A DNA stretch of 64,000 nucleotides, from contig OZ237745.1 of the NCBI GenBank assembly GCA_965178125.1, positions 992,001 to 1,056,000 of the forward strand, read 5' to 3'. Of this stretch, positions 38,685 to 51,648 are shown in pieces. Each line of letters begins with the position of its first letter. The stretch's first letter is position 1. Both the position numbers and the translations under genes were made by a program. Below the pieces are notes generated by a model. That model made no database searches, was not told the DNA's origin, and was given only the letters and a program-made list of their open reading frames with translations. This DNA comes from Bilabrum cf. latius. Taxonomy: Eukaryota.

Positions 38685-39646
38685 GTCACCCTTGCCCGGC
38701 GATTGCCCGAAGAGGTCTGCTTCTTCCTCGTCCAACAGATCCATGGCTCCCATCCGTGCCTGTGGCAGCTGCTCCTGCCTCTGCTTGCCGCCATCGATGC
38801 ACGCTGTGCCGCCCCCCCCCCCCCCCCCCCCCCCCTCGTCCTCGTCCATGCCACACTCGCCCCCAACGGCCAGCCCAACCAAATCCCCGACATCACCGGT
38901 GTCAGCGAATGCTAGGCACCTGCAAGAGTGGGCGGGGCACGGGGGCTGCCTTGGAGTTGGCGTGACAGTGGTGGCAGGCGGGTGGGCGTACTGCAGCCGC
39001 CCACGCAGATGCTCGGCAAGTCACTGCCCGCCACGGCTGCTAGCTCCAGGTCCTGCAGTGCAGCACAGTGCCAGCACATGCACAGTGCCAACTGCATCGA
39101 GACGGCCTCGCCCGCCTCCAGGCTGGCCGCCGGGAAAGCCACCCCATGGCGAGCCACCCAGCACGCGCGGCCGGGGATCCGCCCGCTGAAGCTTCCAAGA
39201 GCGTCTGCTAGCCCTGGCAAGCGCTTGATTGGAGCACAATTGGTGTTGCTAGTTGGCTTGGTTGATCATGTTTGTCGTTCGGCAGAGTCCCTGGCGTTCG
39301 CAACGAGTACTGTCAATGCATTTGCACGTTTGCGCGATGTAGCTGCTGAGACTCTTCAGATTACGCAGTTGCTGACCAATTTATCAGCAAAATACCCGTG
39401 CCCGACCATAAAAAAAGAAAACCCTAGGCTCGGGCGGAGGGCGCCCCTGCCCGAGAGCCCAATGTTCGGCTCGGGCGCAGGTGCTCGGCGCCCGAGCCTA
39501 ACATTCCGCTCGGGCGCGATCGCTGAAATCGCGGCAAACCTAGTTTAAATATAAAATTATTCGGCTTGTGCCCGAGCCGAAAGTTTGGCTCGGGCAGGGG
39601 CGCTCTCCGCCACAGCCCAAGGTTCCGCTGCGGCGCCAGCGGGGGA
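37887..39646. mobile_element. Non-autonomous DNA transposon-like element with ~250-270-bp TIRs
   Basis: 37887-38157 is the reverse complement of about 39397-39646. The TIRs contain many GCCCGAGCC/GGCTCGGGC sub-repeats and an AT-rich core. The ~1.2-kb interior has no transposase motif and no clear TSD was found. Confidence 0.75.
38643..38835 (+). repeat. (GCT)n microsatellite (~38643-38683) and poly-C run (~38812-38835)
   Basis: Directly visible simple repeats inside the TIR element. Confidence 0.95.
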
Positions 39647-39868
39647 TCGGCAAACTCTCCTGTTGTCGGGCCAATCGAAGAGAGTTTGCTGAAATCGAGC
39701 AAGTGTTCAAGTAGCTAGAACGTGCCGCACTGCACTAGAACTACAAGTACAACCATACTCTCTGGCAAGCAGAGGCACTCTACATCTTGCTGAAGCTTTT
39801 GACAAAGGCTGCTGTGCGGGTTGCCAGGCACTGGGCCACGACATTGGAATCTATTTGCGCATTTCTAA

Positions 39869-42268
39869 ATGAATAGGAATCTAGATGGTGAAGCACACCG
39901 CGCAGCAGCCGCTGCAGCGGCCGCTGCTTATGCGGCTACTCACCGATAGAGGCACCAAGGTATTTCTGCACCTGGCCAGCGTCTACTTGAAAGGTCCGAT
40001 CTAGGCCAAAAGTATGACCAACATTCGAGAGATCTAACATGGCCGGGAGCATCGACAGCGGCAGCAACGGGCGGACTAGGTGCCAAGCAGCGAAGGGAAG
40101 CCAATGTTAGCTTGGCCGAAAGCCTTGTGCAGTCGTTCAAGTCCCAGGCTTATGGATTCCGGCCCCACACTTTGAACGACTAGGAGATTCATGATTTTGC
40201 TCACCAGCAAGTTAAGTTACCTCGTGTGTCACTTTCTGGTATGAGCGACGGAATAGCCGCCAGCAGCGGGATTGCTACTTCTGGTGGTACAGCCTGGCTC
40301 GGTGGAGTTGGGTCTAGCGGGCTTGATGCTGCTAGGACTTCCTCTGGGTATTCATCAAGATCGACCGATGCGAAGGCATCTACAGAACACGGCATTTCAG
40401 CAGGAAGCTCATCAGGCCACGCCCTACAAACGAGCATGCGGCAACTTGCTGAGGCAGCAAGCCATTAGGCAGCTTTCAACCAGCGACTAGTAGATCCCGT
40501 GCAGCAGCCAGCAAGCAGTCGAGTCAAAATTGTTCCACCTGCCCAGGGGTACACGCAAAGGGGCCAATAGCGAAAGCGAAAGCCCCCGTCGCTTGCCGAG
40601 TCGATCACCCGAGCGATCGCAGATGCCACGGGCTTTGGCGCAGGTGAGGCGATGCCAGCCTCATCCAGGCAGGCCATTGCCTAGCTAATCTATCTGCGGG
40701 ACGCGCCCGCTGCGAAGCGGGGACGGAAGCCGAAGTGTCCGCGCATCGACCAGCGCTCCAGCCAGTCGGCAGCGGGCTCCAATGAAAGCAGAGGATCGTC
40801 GTCCTCGTCCTCGTCTTTGTAGACATCCTCTAGGGAACTGGCTAGCGGGGCAGACGACGATCACAATAATCCGGCCATTGAGGCGGCTGCTCGAGCCGCC
40901 GCAGCTGCTGCGGCGGGCGCGTCCGTATCCGCGGCGGGAGGCTTTGCAACATCTCAGACTGAACTGGGCACCGGGCTTCCCGTCCTGGGATCCTCCTCCA
41001 GCTCCTCCACGGTCAGCATGTCGACGATGGGCTGGGCTGGTACGCAACACATGAGCAGTAAAGTGTGCTCCGTGTGTAACAAATCCATCAGCTCCAAAGC
41101 CAACCTCGTGAGGCACCTCATGAACGTCCACCTGAAATCGCGACCGCACGTGTGCCCTGTAGCGGGGTGCGGCAAGTCGTTCGCCCAAGAGACGCACCTG
41201 TCGCTTCATGTCCGTTCCGTGCATCAAAAGGAGAGGAATTACGAGTGTCCTCATTGCAGGAAGCGGTTTTCGAGAGTGGGTGGCCTACAGCTGCATATAC
41301 GCGTGAAGCACATAAAAAATGGCCCACAGTACGAGTGCACAAGATGCTCCAAGAAGTTCGGCTAGCGCGCCCAGCTGATGCAGCACATCCGCAGATCTCA
41401 TGGTAGTGGTGCATATGATTTGCTTGCCAGCGGAAACGGGGACTCTGCGCCAGTGATGGCCACGCGAGACGGTCAGACCGACGGCATGCTCAGTGGCGCA
41501 TCAGCCTCTGCCGCGGGTGCCACCGCTTCAACTGCCACATCAGGGTTCATTTGTCCGCCGAAGGGGTGCACAGTGTTCACAAGAAGCCTTGGAAAGTTCA
41601 ACCAGCATTGCTTGGAGGCACAAAAGGACCCATCTGGTGCTGCCGAGGCGGCAGGTCTTAGCGCAGTCCTGCAGGGAAGCGTATCGTCCACGCCGGTGGC
41701 GCCATCAGTTCCTGCAGCTAGCGTGTGGGGCGCTTCCACGGGGTTTAACTCGACTACTAGCACAAGCATTTAGAACATGCCTGCTGACGCGCCTCTACAA
41801 GGCAGATTTTTATCTGGTAGTGGGCATCTGGCTGCCTCGATGAGTGCTAGTCGAGACCCTACCCGAGTGCCGTCCTCAATGGCCCAAGCTGGTACGGCCG
41901 CGAGTGGTTCGTACGTATCGCGCGTAGCGTCAAGTGGCAACCTGGCTAGACTAAGCAGCGCGAGCCGTCAATTTGGTTTGCAAAGCACCACTCCGTCTGC
42001 ATCGGCTGGGCCACTTCTAGCCTAGGGTTCAAGTACTCATGTAGCTATTTCATCTGGCATGCAAGCAGCGACGGAGACTGCTGCCGAGCTGGCTGAGCAG
42101 GCAGCTATTAGTGCAGCTGCAGCCGCTGCTATCCAATAGCAATAGCAGCAGTAGAAGTAGCTGCAACGGTGTTCGATTGGCACCAGTCCGCCCACAGCCG
42201 GTACAACACCAGATGGGGCAAGCAGAGAATCTCGGGCAGAAGGGGGGTAGACTGACTTCCTGATTTGA
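39869..42268 (+). CDS. C2H2 zinc-finger transcription factor (~799 aa)
   Basis: Tandem fingers CSVC..HLMNVH, CPVAGC..HVRSVH, CPHC..HIRVKH and CTRCSKKFG(TAG)RAQLMQHIRRSH. One frame from ATG 39869 (immediately after an in-frame TAA) to TGA 42266, interrupted only by TAG. Poly-Ala and poly-Gln tracts. Confidence 0.85.
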
Positions 42269-42340
42269 TCCAAGTCGCGCGTGCGTGCGCACAGACAGTA
42301 GACGGTACAGTATACAACAGAATGGTCTATAGTTCACGCG

Positions 42341-45300
42341 TCAATCCGTTGGCAAGTTCTCCAGCTTGCGAGCTGCCTCACCGGTTGCCTCCAATACGGC
42401 ACTCAGGCCTGATGCCACAAGCTCGGTGGCTGCTATCTCACGTGCAAGAGCAATGTTAGCCATCATTTTCAACTCTTTGCTTGACTGCGATTGAGAATTT
42501 CGTGGTGAACCCACCGCAATGCCTGCCGAGCTCGCCTAGCCAATTTGCTTCCATTCACTGCGACGACCCGTCCCCTGCAATGCTTGCTGCAGCACTGCAT
42601 CGTGAGCCATCGCATGCAGCTCTCGCATGGCCTCGACCTTGCCACCGCCACCTGTCCCTTCCGATGCCTGCTGCAGCACTGCATCGTGAGCCATCGCATG
42701 CAGCTCTCGCAGGGCCTCGACCTTGCCACCGCCACCCGTCCCTTCCGATGCCTGCTGCAGCACTGCATCGTGAGCCATCGCATGCAGCTCTCGCATGGCC
42801 TCGACCTTGCTACCGCCACCTGTCCCTTCCGATGCCTGCTGCAGCACTGCATCGTGAGCCATCGCATGCAGCTCTTTCGCGGCTAACGCATGTGCCTATT
42901 TTATCGCAGCTGCTGAGTCTGACTATGCTTCGTTTGTGTGTTTGGTTGCACCGGCCGACGCATCAGGCTAGGCTAGCGCGCAATCGGCTCGTATGCGATT
43001 CAGCGTATCCGATGAGACGTTGTCGCTTTCACTTGCATTGCCACGCGCCCCACCATGGGCTGCAGTGCCAAGCTCAGAGTCAATACAACAATCGACTGCT
43101 ACGCCAATTTCACAGCTAGCTTGTCTTGGCGAAGTGGCCCCAAGCCCATCACACTGGCCTCTGGTTCGCGTGGGCGGGGTCCGCAAGGGCGTCGATGGCT
43201 GCAGAAGGGCCTCAATTCCGGCTGATTCATGCCCATGCTCGCCTCCTCGAAGCGCAGAAGCAGAGCTACTTGGTCGAGCTAGCATCAAATGGCTTGGTTG
43301 GCTCTCCGAAGAGGCTGCTTGGCCCCACATTGCCGGCACGGCCCCGCCTGCAAACCCTACCCCTGAGTTGGACTCTACCATCCGTGGCTCGACATTGCGA
43401 TCAGGAGCCCCCGGGCTGGGAGATTTGTCGTGGACGTTAATGGCGTTGTTGCGGCCAACACCTGGACTGCCACCTCGATTAAATGCAACTCCGCTGCGCA
43501 ATACCAAGCCCACTTCATCACCGTCTTCATCTGCAGCACCAGGGCCTTCTTCAACCAGGCTAACCACCATGGGCCCAGAAAGAGGCGAGGGTGCACGAAC
43601 CTTTCTCAAACCGCTGGGCAGAGCAGATTGGCGACCTTGATCGCCGATGGTAGGAGTTCTATCGATCCTGTCCGAAGCGCCCCCAGTCCTAGCGCTCACC
43701 AAGTCGAACGTGACTGTCCTCCCTGGCTCGTCCCCAGGCGTGACCAGCTCGTCTTGCCAGCGACGCCAGTCCGTTGGCTCTACACCCAGCACTTCTACTC
43801 TCTACCGCTGCATCTGTCCAGTCGCGTAGGACCTCATGAGGTCTCCCACTTGGGAGCGCGGCAGGGCAGGGCCGGTTTCGTCCCTTCCTTCCAGTGTGGC
43901 GCGCATTGCGGGCGGGAGAGACTCCCTGGGAACGCGGTGCTCAAACGACTCCATCGGGGGGGGCGTCGGGGGCGGGCTCTAGACGGATAACTCCCTCCTT
44001 GAGATCGATGACCGGGTAGATGGGCCTGCTTTTTGACTGCGGCTCAGCGGTCCAGTGCCTGAGGGCTGATCCTTGACACAGTCCGCCCGGCGAGTCGCTG
44101 CCTTCTTGCGCTTGCTCTTGCTTGACCTGTGCTTCCTGCCACCAGTCTTTCGCGACCTCTTGGAACCCGACCCCCCTGCGTGAAAGGCGTCGTGAACCAT
44201 CGATTTTCCACTGTCAACGTCCCCTGGGAGCTTGCCAATGGAGCCAAGCATCACGTCAACCGTTTTGCTGGCTGACATGCTCGCCTTCGAGGCGAGGTCG
44301 GCGGCATCCTCCAGTGCACGCTTCTTGGCTGCGAGTCCAAGCGAGGTGGGCGAAGTCGGTGAAGTGGCCTGGACCGCCCCGCCAAGTGCCATTGACAGGC
44401 GGAGGGCCAGCTGCTCGTCCGAGTCGAGCTTAGCAATGCTGCGAGGCAACTTCTAGCTGCCCTTTCCGCGCGGTTGCTTTGCTGCGCCATGCAGCATATT
44501 GTTGCTGCGACTGTGGGAAGGGCTGCTGGGCTCGGATTTTCGCTCGCTGTCCTGGTGGTGCCTGAACCCCAACCTGCGGTGCAACCGAGCCTACATCGTG
44601 GCCAGCAGAGCCCTGCTCTCCCCATCCATGCTCGGCATGGCTTGGTAGGTCTTTCGAAATCTTTGCTGATCTCGTTGCGCACTAGGCGAGGCCTCCCGGC
44701 TTGCACCAGTCCGGGACAGCCGGTGTCCTGTTGTACCAGCAGTCAGGCCGTCTTCCATCGGCTCGACTGCGAAGGCCCTTTGGCTTGGCGTCGGGTGCCG
44801 GGAGGTTGCCGTGGGCCCTCGAAGGGGTGACGTGACTATGCCCAGAGGGGTCAGCCTTCTTCGATTGGAGCCTCGCTGCTTCGGATGACTCACATGGGGC
44901 AGCGACTGCGCCGTGGAAGCATCCACTGGCAGAGGATTCTGCGCTGTCGAGACCATCCGTTGCTTCTGTGTCTGCGTTGTTGATTTGCTGCCACCGCGAC
45001 GCTGTCTTGGTCTCGGCTGCCAGACGGGGGTGCCCGGTACTGCCTCGCTGATGATAGGGTGGCTAGTAGGCTCGCTTGCATGTCCAGTCTAGCTCAAATT
45101 GGACGCCTGGGGCTGATCAAGCTCCTGTGGTGCACCACCCGGAGGCGACTTAGGCGGAACATTATCACTGCCTTTGGACGACATCTCAGAGACCCCCACA
45201 GCTGTGCCGGGTATTCCACTTCGCTGCATGTCGCTCCATGCTTGCATCTGCCCGTCTCTACCGGTAGATGCACTGCGCGCGTAAGCACTGTGCGCACTTG

Positions 45301-47731
45301 AAGGAATGTGTTGCTCTTCAAGGGTGAATCTAGCTCGGTGAGCTCCTTGTCGAACGGCTTGGATGCTTGGAGCACGGTTGGGATGTTCAGGGACGTATCC
45401 ATCACCGGCGTGTGCTACCTGATGACCATTGCTGTGCCTAAGCCCCTCTCGCCTTCTGCGCCTCCTCGCTTTAATCCTCTCTTCTGCTTCCCTCTCTTTC
45501 TGCACCAGTGCCAGTCGCTCTTCTCGCGTGAATGATGTACCACCCAAGCTTGAGCGCCGCCTCGCCCTGCTCGCTTTGCCGCCAACTGCCTCCACATCGG
45601 CGCTAAGCCCGCTCCGCTGGTGCACAGCTCCCGGCATGCCTGAAGAATTTTCACACCTGCTGCCTAGTGTGCTACCTGGTATGCCATCGAGCTCCTCGAT
45701 ACCAGCCCGAATACCATGCGTGGAGCCTCTGCGAAAAGCTCTCACGTGCTCCTTGGCAGAAAGCAGCGAATCGGCCCTGTCTGTTGCCACGTGCTTGACC
45801 TGCAGTCTCTTGGAATCTGCAGAGCTGATGTTGACGCTGGCTTGCGCCACAGCATCTCTGGCCTCCTCGATGGCCTGCGCCAGACTCGTGATTTCGTACG
45901 AGGCTGGCGCGTCCGCGCTGGCATCCGCCGGCGATGTAGATCGCCAGGTGGTTGCGGCACCCTGCACGGCACTAGTCGAGTCGGAGGGCGCCACGTTCGA
46001 TACAGTGCTAAGCACCGCATAGCTCTATGCCATGCTTGCTGAATCCAAAGAACCGCGCCTGCCCCGCCTCGCGCGCAGCTCGTTGCCGGGTGGCCCTGCT
46101 GCTCCTCTGCGAATCGCAGTTGCGATCCCTGATATCTTCTGATCTGCTTCCTCTGATGATTGACTCGCACCAGTATGAGAATAGCCTTTGGCACTAGAAT
46201 AGGCGCCACGAGATTGGGATGCTCCCGTCATGTCTGGTGCGTGCTAGGCAAGCCCCTGATCTGACGTTGCCGGTGCGCCATCACCTTGGTGCGAGCGTTC
46301 CTGCAGCCGATACGCACTCTCTGAGTCTGCCAGAGAGGCGTGCTGCAGCCGATCAGCTGGAGGAAGCTCTGAATGCATTGATCGGTCGGCAGCCCTAACT
46401 CTTACGCTGGAATGCCTCATGCTAGCACGGAGCCCCTCGTAGGTGCCAGCGTCGCCAGGGGCTGTGCCAGTGCCAGTGCCAGTGCCAGTGCCAGTGCCAG
46501 TGCCGTGGTAGTTGCGAGACCCACCCCCGCGATGCTGTCTTGCCTGCCTCTTGCGTCGACTGGCTTGACCGATCCTCGCGTTTCCCGCCGCGTATGCCTC
46601 GTACAGATTCTTCGGGTCTAGCCTCCGAGTGCGCACACGGCCCGGCATCTTGGTCACCTGGGCCTGCATCTGCCCAGTGATCCTGTCCTTGAAATCTACC
46701 AGGTCCAGCTTGGGGAAGGCGGGATCTAGCCTGGCGCCACCCGCTGCCATCACCATGTCCCTGAGGCTGATACCACCGTCGGCATGGGTGCTGTGTGACG
46801 AGTGCTACGGCCCCTGCTGCCGTCCCCTAGATCTACGTCTGGCAAATGGAGTTGCAGCGGCATGCGCAAGTGCCTGCTGTCGGAGAAGCTCTGCATCTGT
46901 TGCTGCGTAGCTGTATTGGTCGACTCCATGTTGGCTTACCGCTGCTTTTTCTTCATTTTCTTTTAGAGGCGCTGTCATGTGCCCCAGGTGCTCCCTCTTA
47001 CCGGGGTCAGTCTTCGAGCCAGCCAGACCGCCCCACGGGTCATCGCTGGCGTGAGGTATCGCGGCGCCAGCGCTGGCAGACCTTGATTGTTGACGAGACA
47101 CGAGAAAGCTCTTCCCTGCTAATGGGCCAAGTGCTTGATGCGCATCGGCACGCCCCAAGCCCTGTGCCAACAGCCGCGTGGGCACTGCCGGGGCGCACTC
47201 AAGCGGGGTGCCGGCTGCGTCGAGCGCACCCAATACGCGACTCTGCGACATCAGAGCGTCTACTCTGCCCTATCGGACTAATGCTCTTGCCACCGCGAGG
47301 TCACGCTCTTGCTCGTGCAGAGCGCGCTTCTGAGTCCTTCGTCTCCTCAACGTATTGTTTTTGTATGATTCACGTTCTGACCGTTCCAATGATGAAAGCG
47401 CCCTATGATTATCACCGTTGGTATGTAAGCGACTCGAACCGTGCTTACACCTCTCCAATTCAATTGCAGCTCCGTCTGGTTGCGAGGCATGATCAAAACG
47501 CTAGTTGCTGGTGTGGCCGGTTCCAGTGGAGGCTCCATAGTACTACCTGGTACCGTTTCTGCGTCCATGATCCCCAAATGATGAGTCTTTGTCTTGTGGA
47601 TTACCATTATGATGCTCTTTTCTCCGCGGCGAGTCATTTTCTTCGGCTATGGCGGACAGGGGTCGAACTTCGTTCGGGCTTCGGAACGATGACGACGTTG
47701 ATCCCATGACTTCGCCCGATCCATGCGACAT
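42341..47731 (-). CDS. Large low-complexity Ser/Ala/Arg/Gly-rich hypothetical protein (~1,796 aa)
   Basis: Ten minus-strand ORF fragments (47543 down to 42536) are in one frame and each ends in TAG. The gaps I read contain no TAA or TGA until TGA at 42343-42341. No domain recognised; the start is uncertain. Confidence 0.7.
42580..42875 (-). repeat. 84-bp coding tandem repeat (~3.5 copies; 28-aa unit MAHDAVLQQASEGTGGGGKVEAMRELHA)
   Basis: Unit starts at 42580, 42664, 42748 and 42832 on the + strand. Confidence 0.92.
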
Positions 47732-47887
47732 TGCAATACAAATGCAAGTAGATGATACACCTCGAGATGCCCTTCAAAATGTGTCAAATGAATGCCAGCC
47801 TCGCCGACGAGGAATATGATCGTTGCTCCGAATCGGCGGAGATTCGCTATCTGGCACAGCATGCAGCTTCAAACTCAACAGCTTTCA

Positions 47888-48206
47888 ATGTACAGACTCG
47901 CGTGCTGCCTTGCCTTTTGCATTACTGCTGGGTTGTGTGGGGCTAAGCGACCCGATAGGCCAAGGTGTCCTGTTGATCTGCAACCCTTTGGGAGTGCGAA
48001 GCCATTGCAGGTTCCCGAGCCAGACATACTTAACAGCGACGCAAGTTATGCAGCAACAGAGCATATTTCAGTTGACGGGGTTGTGTGGAAAAGCACGAGA
48101 TACGATCCGATGTGCGTGTTTGGTGGGGATGCTTCAATGCCTCTCAAGACGTTGCTCGGGGCCAACAAACAAGCCACTCACGACGATGCAGCACTACTTG
48201 CAGTAT
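47888..48206 (+). pseudogene. Truncated duplicate of the 5' end of the glycosyltransferase gene at 51649
   Basis: Aligns to 51649-52143 but lacks ~180 bp, carries a 4-nt AAAC duplication (frameshift near 48165-48172) and loses homology after 48206. Confidence 0.75.
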
Positions 48207-48430
48207 TCGCCGAATACACCTTGAACCCTCACGACGAGATGCGTCGATTGGTGTACGGCGAATGGGGGTACGGCGCCCCTCGCCCCAGCCCCAATCGCCG
48301 TACCCACACCGGGATCCGACAGCTGCCGCTGCATTCCCGTCGTCTCTTCGCCGAGGGCAGGGGATCGTGGCACTGCTGCATCACTTTGCACGTCTAAAAG
48401 TCAGCAGTATTCAACGCAACCCGCGCTTCC

Positions 48431-49564
48431 TTAGTTAGCAAAAGAGAACACGTCGACGGTGCCCACAGGGGCCCCTGACGGCGTCTGCCCTCCACCAACG
48501 AGAACGGTGAGATTCATACCAACAATGGCCCCTGCTTCGTGCCAGTCATCGCAGATGTGGGTTGTCCAGATGTTGTTCGCGACATTGAAGCAGGCCACGA
48601 GGCTCTGAGATCCAGCAGAGTAGAAGCAAACTGCCGTACCCACCCGGACCCCGTTTCGTGCCATACGTGCCGCAGGGATGCCCGAAGCTTCTGCGGGGAG
48701 GGGCGTTACCACTGGTGGCGAAGATCCGGCAAAAACGTCCCGGGTTATCCTGTACAGATGTGTTGAATCGGCAAGAAAAGCGGTGTTCTCGTCGTACGAA
48801 GCTCCGCCGATCCAGTACGAGGACTGATCTACTTTACCTGCCACAAACGGCCATGCAGTAGCCTTCCCACTTAGGTAAAATGCATCAACAACTGCGGTTG
48901 TCTGCGGTTTGGGGACGGTGATCCAGCCTCCGGCAAAAAGCACACCCCACCCGGCCAGAGCGGCAGAGGCCGCAGATTCGCGGGCGACGGACAGCGACCA
49001 GCCGAACTTGTTGCTGAGGATAGGTGATCGACTGTCATTAAGAATGACAACCTAGCTTGACATCTTTTGTCCGAAGGGGCCGACCTCTTTTCCACCGGCG
49101 AAAACGATCCCACCTTCGGACTCGACGCAAGTTGCTCCCCAGCGGCCCACGCTTAATGCCGAGGAATTAGTACTTAGTCTACCTGAGTGTGGATCAAATA
49201 GATCTAGTGTAGTGCTGTGAGGGCTAGCTCCGTTTTGTCCCCCTCCCAGGAACGCTACCACGCCATCGATTGCACACGTCGATGGCCAGCCACGAGCCTC
49301 TGAAAGGTGGGCCCCGGGTCCTGGCGTTATGGAGGCACCATGAACGCGCCATACATCAATCGAATCAGAAGGGCTGTCGCAAGAATATGCTCCGTTATCT
49401 GCGCAACCGCCCCCGAATACGACTGCATCGCCCGCGATGGCAGCACCAAGATCTCGCCGAGGCACCGACATATTGAGGACCTGGTGTACAGTCGCATTTG
49501 TAGATACAGCAAGAAGAAAGACACTTACGCCAGAAATTGCAACAGCACGATGAACCGATACCAT
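48431..49564 (-). CDS. Secreted Kelch-repeat beta-propeller protein (~377 aa)
   Basis: Signal-like N-terminus and Kelch-type repeats (VPRRDLGAA..VVFGGG, EARGW..AFLGGG, VGRWGA..IVFAGG, VARES..VLFAGG, VLVGGG..VDVF). One in-frame TAG at 49054-49052; ends at TAA 48433-48431. Confidence 0.8.
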
Positions 49565-49984
49565 ACTTTACTGCGGGTGAAAGGAAGGATTCATGCTCGA
49601 TTGCACTTGTTTACTGCACTAAGACATCGTCGAAGTTATTATTAGACAAAGCTGCAAATGGTGCTGGCAAGAGCCGCGGCCAAACCGCCTACATCGCAAG
49701 ACTGGCTGAACGGGCAAGCTACCGCTGCCAGCGCCAGAGACAAACATAGGAAACAGCGGCAGAGCAACGGATTTGATTGCTACCAATCTAGTCCATAGAA
49801 CCTTGGTTTCGTTTCTTACTTGGTACTACTGGTGTAGTGTTATTTCACGTGACTGTCTGTGAGCGCCCAGAAAACGGTCTGCAAAGTCGAATCGAATCAT
49901 TGAATTAGGCAAAAGCGCACACTATCTCGAAATACACCCAGAAAGTCCACCGAACTTGCTATGCTTCAGCTGCAACGGCCGAAG

Positions 49985-50955
49985 TCACCTATAAGCTCCA
50001 CCCTGAGGACCCATTTCCCCCTGGGGAGCGTCAGTGTTCATGTTACCTCCGGCTCCCGCTCCTGGCATCCCGTCGTGCTGCCCGTCCTGGTGCAACCCTG
50101 CCTTGACGTTTGCGACTGCGACGGCAAGGTTGTTGTTTTCGGCTGCCCCAATAGGCAGGCTGGCAAAGCCCTGCCTAACCACCCTGATGAGCGCCCGTTT
50201 GGCATTCGCTGCAACCCTCCTCGAACGCTTCAAGACAAAGTCGAAGGATCCTTGGATGGTCCTGCATGACCCGTGAGTACATAGTGTGGTACACACGCTG
50301 TTCCCCGCGAGCGTGCTGGTGCTAGGCGGCGAGCGAAAGTCGAGCCTTACCCACGGAAGACCACGGGAGGCGCGCATTGCATAGGCAGGACGAGTCGAAA
50401 CCCGCCGCCCCTTGTCCTCCTACCTCTTCTTCCGCAGCTTGTCGAGCGCTAACTGAAGGAACTCAACCGACTCCTCCCCGATTCTCGCCTCCCGGAAGCC
50501 CTGACATGCTCCGCACCTTTTAGGTTGAATTGAGCCGTGCGGGATGCGCTCAGCATGGAATCTCCTTTGGCGATCTCTCGCGCCGCCCAGATCCTGACCT
50601 GGGCCTCCACCGACCTGCTGCCGGCCACGCTCATCCGCATACGTCGGATTCGGGCCTACAGGCGTAGCAGTCCTCGTACCCCACTGCCCAACCGCCCTCT
50701 AGGCAGACTACAAAATCCTGGAAGACGACCTGGTTCCTGTTCGCGATCGACTTCACTCTTCGGGATGCCGTTCCTTCGTCCTCCCATCAGCCGATGGGGA
50801 GGGATGGGCTCGTCGATCTCGGTCCACTTCCTCCCGGCTGTTCGTGCTTCTGCTGCCTCGTCCTGGTGATCCAACCCCGCGCCGGCGGTTTGCCAGGAAA
50901 GTGTCTGTCGCCGCTCTCCTTCCTCCAGTTGATCTCTCAGAAGGCTTGACGTCAT
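49985..50955 (-). CDS. Hypothetical protein with IQ-like motif; intron 50350-50262
   Basis: The frame reads through TAG at 50656 (LLRL[Q]ARIRRMR, IQ-like) and at 50449. A GG|GTAAGG...GCAG|G intron (89 nt) joins it to the frame ending at TGA 49987-49985. The start is uncertain. Confidence 0.5.
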
Positions 50956-51085
50956 CTCTGACAGCCCGCCCTTTCCATGCAGGCCCGTAGCTATCACATC
51001 CACGCAGATTGGCTTGTCTCCTTCAAAGGAAGGTCGAAAGAACGAATGTATGTAGACTACTTGATTCAAGCTACCCCGTCTGGGG

Positions 51086-51425
51086 AGTCTTCGAGCCAGC
51101 CAGACCGCTCTACAAGTCATCCAACACCGGAGTGAGGTATCGCGGCGCCAGCGCTGGCAGACCTTGATTGCTGACGAGACACGAGAAAGCTCTTCCCTGC
51201 TAATGGGCCAAGTGCTTGATGCGCATTGGCATGCCCCAAGCCCTGTGCCAACAGCCGCGTGGGCACTGCCGGGGCGCACTCTAGCGGGGTGCCGACTGCG
51301 TCGAGCTCACCCAATACGCGACTCTGCGACATCAGAGCGTCTACTCTACCCTATCAAAGTAGACTCGTCTTATGCTCTTGCCACCGCGAGGTCACGCGCT
51401 TGCTCGTGCAGAGCGCGCTTTTGAG
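51086..51425 (-). pseudogene. Truncated duplicate of part of the 5' region of the 42341-47731 gene
   Basis: Aligns to 47009-47334 (MSQSRVLG.LDA.GTPLECAPAVPTRLLAQGLG...) and then diverges. Confidence 0.75.
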
Positions 51426-51648
51426 CGCTTCCAAGAATGCTTCTTTTACAGATCTCATGCACCACATACTTTCGCCCGATCCATGCGACATTGCAAAACA
51501 AATGCAAGTAGATGATACGCCTAGAGACGCCCTTCAAAACGTGTCGAATGAATGCCAGCCTCCAGGAGTATCATGATGATCGTCGCTCCGAATCGGCGGA
51601 GATTTGCGGTCTGGCGTGCGTGTGCAGCTTCAAACTCAACAGCTTTCA

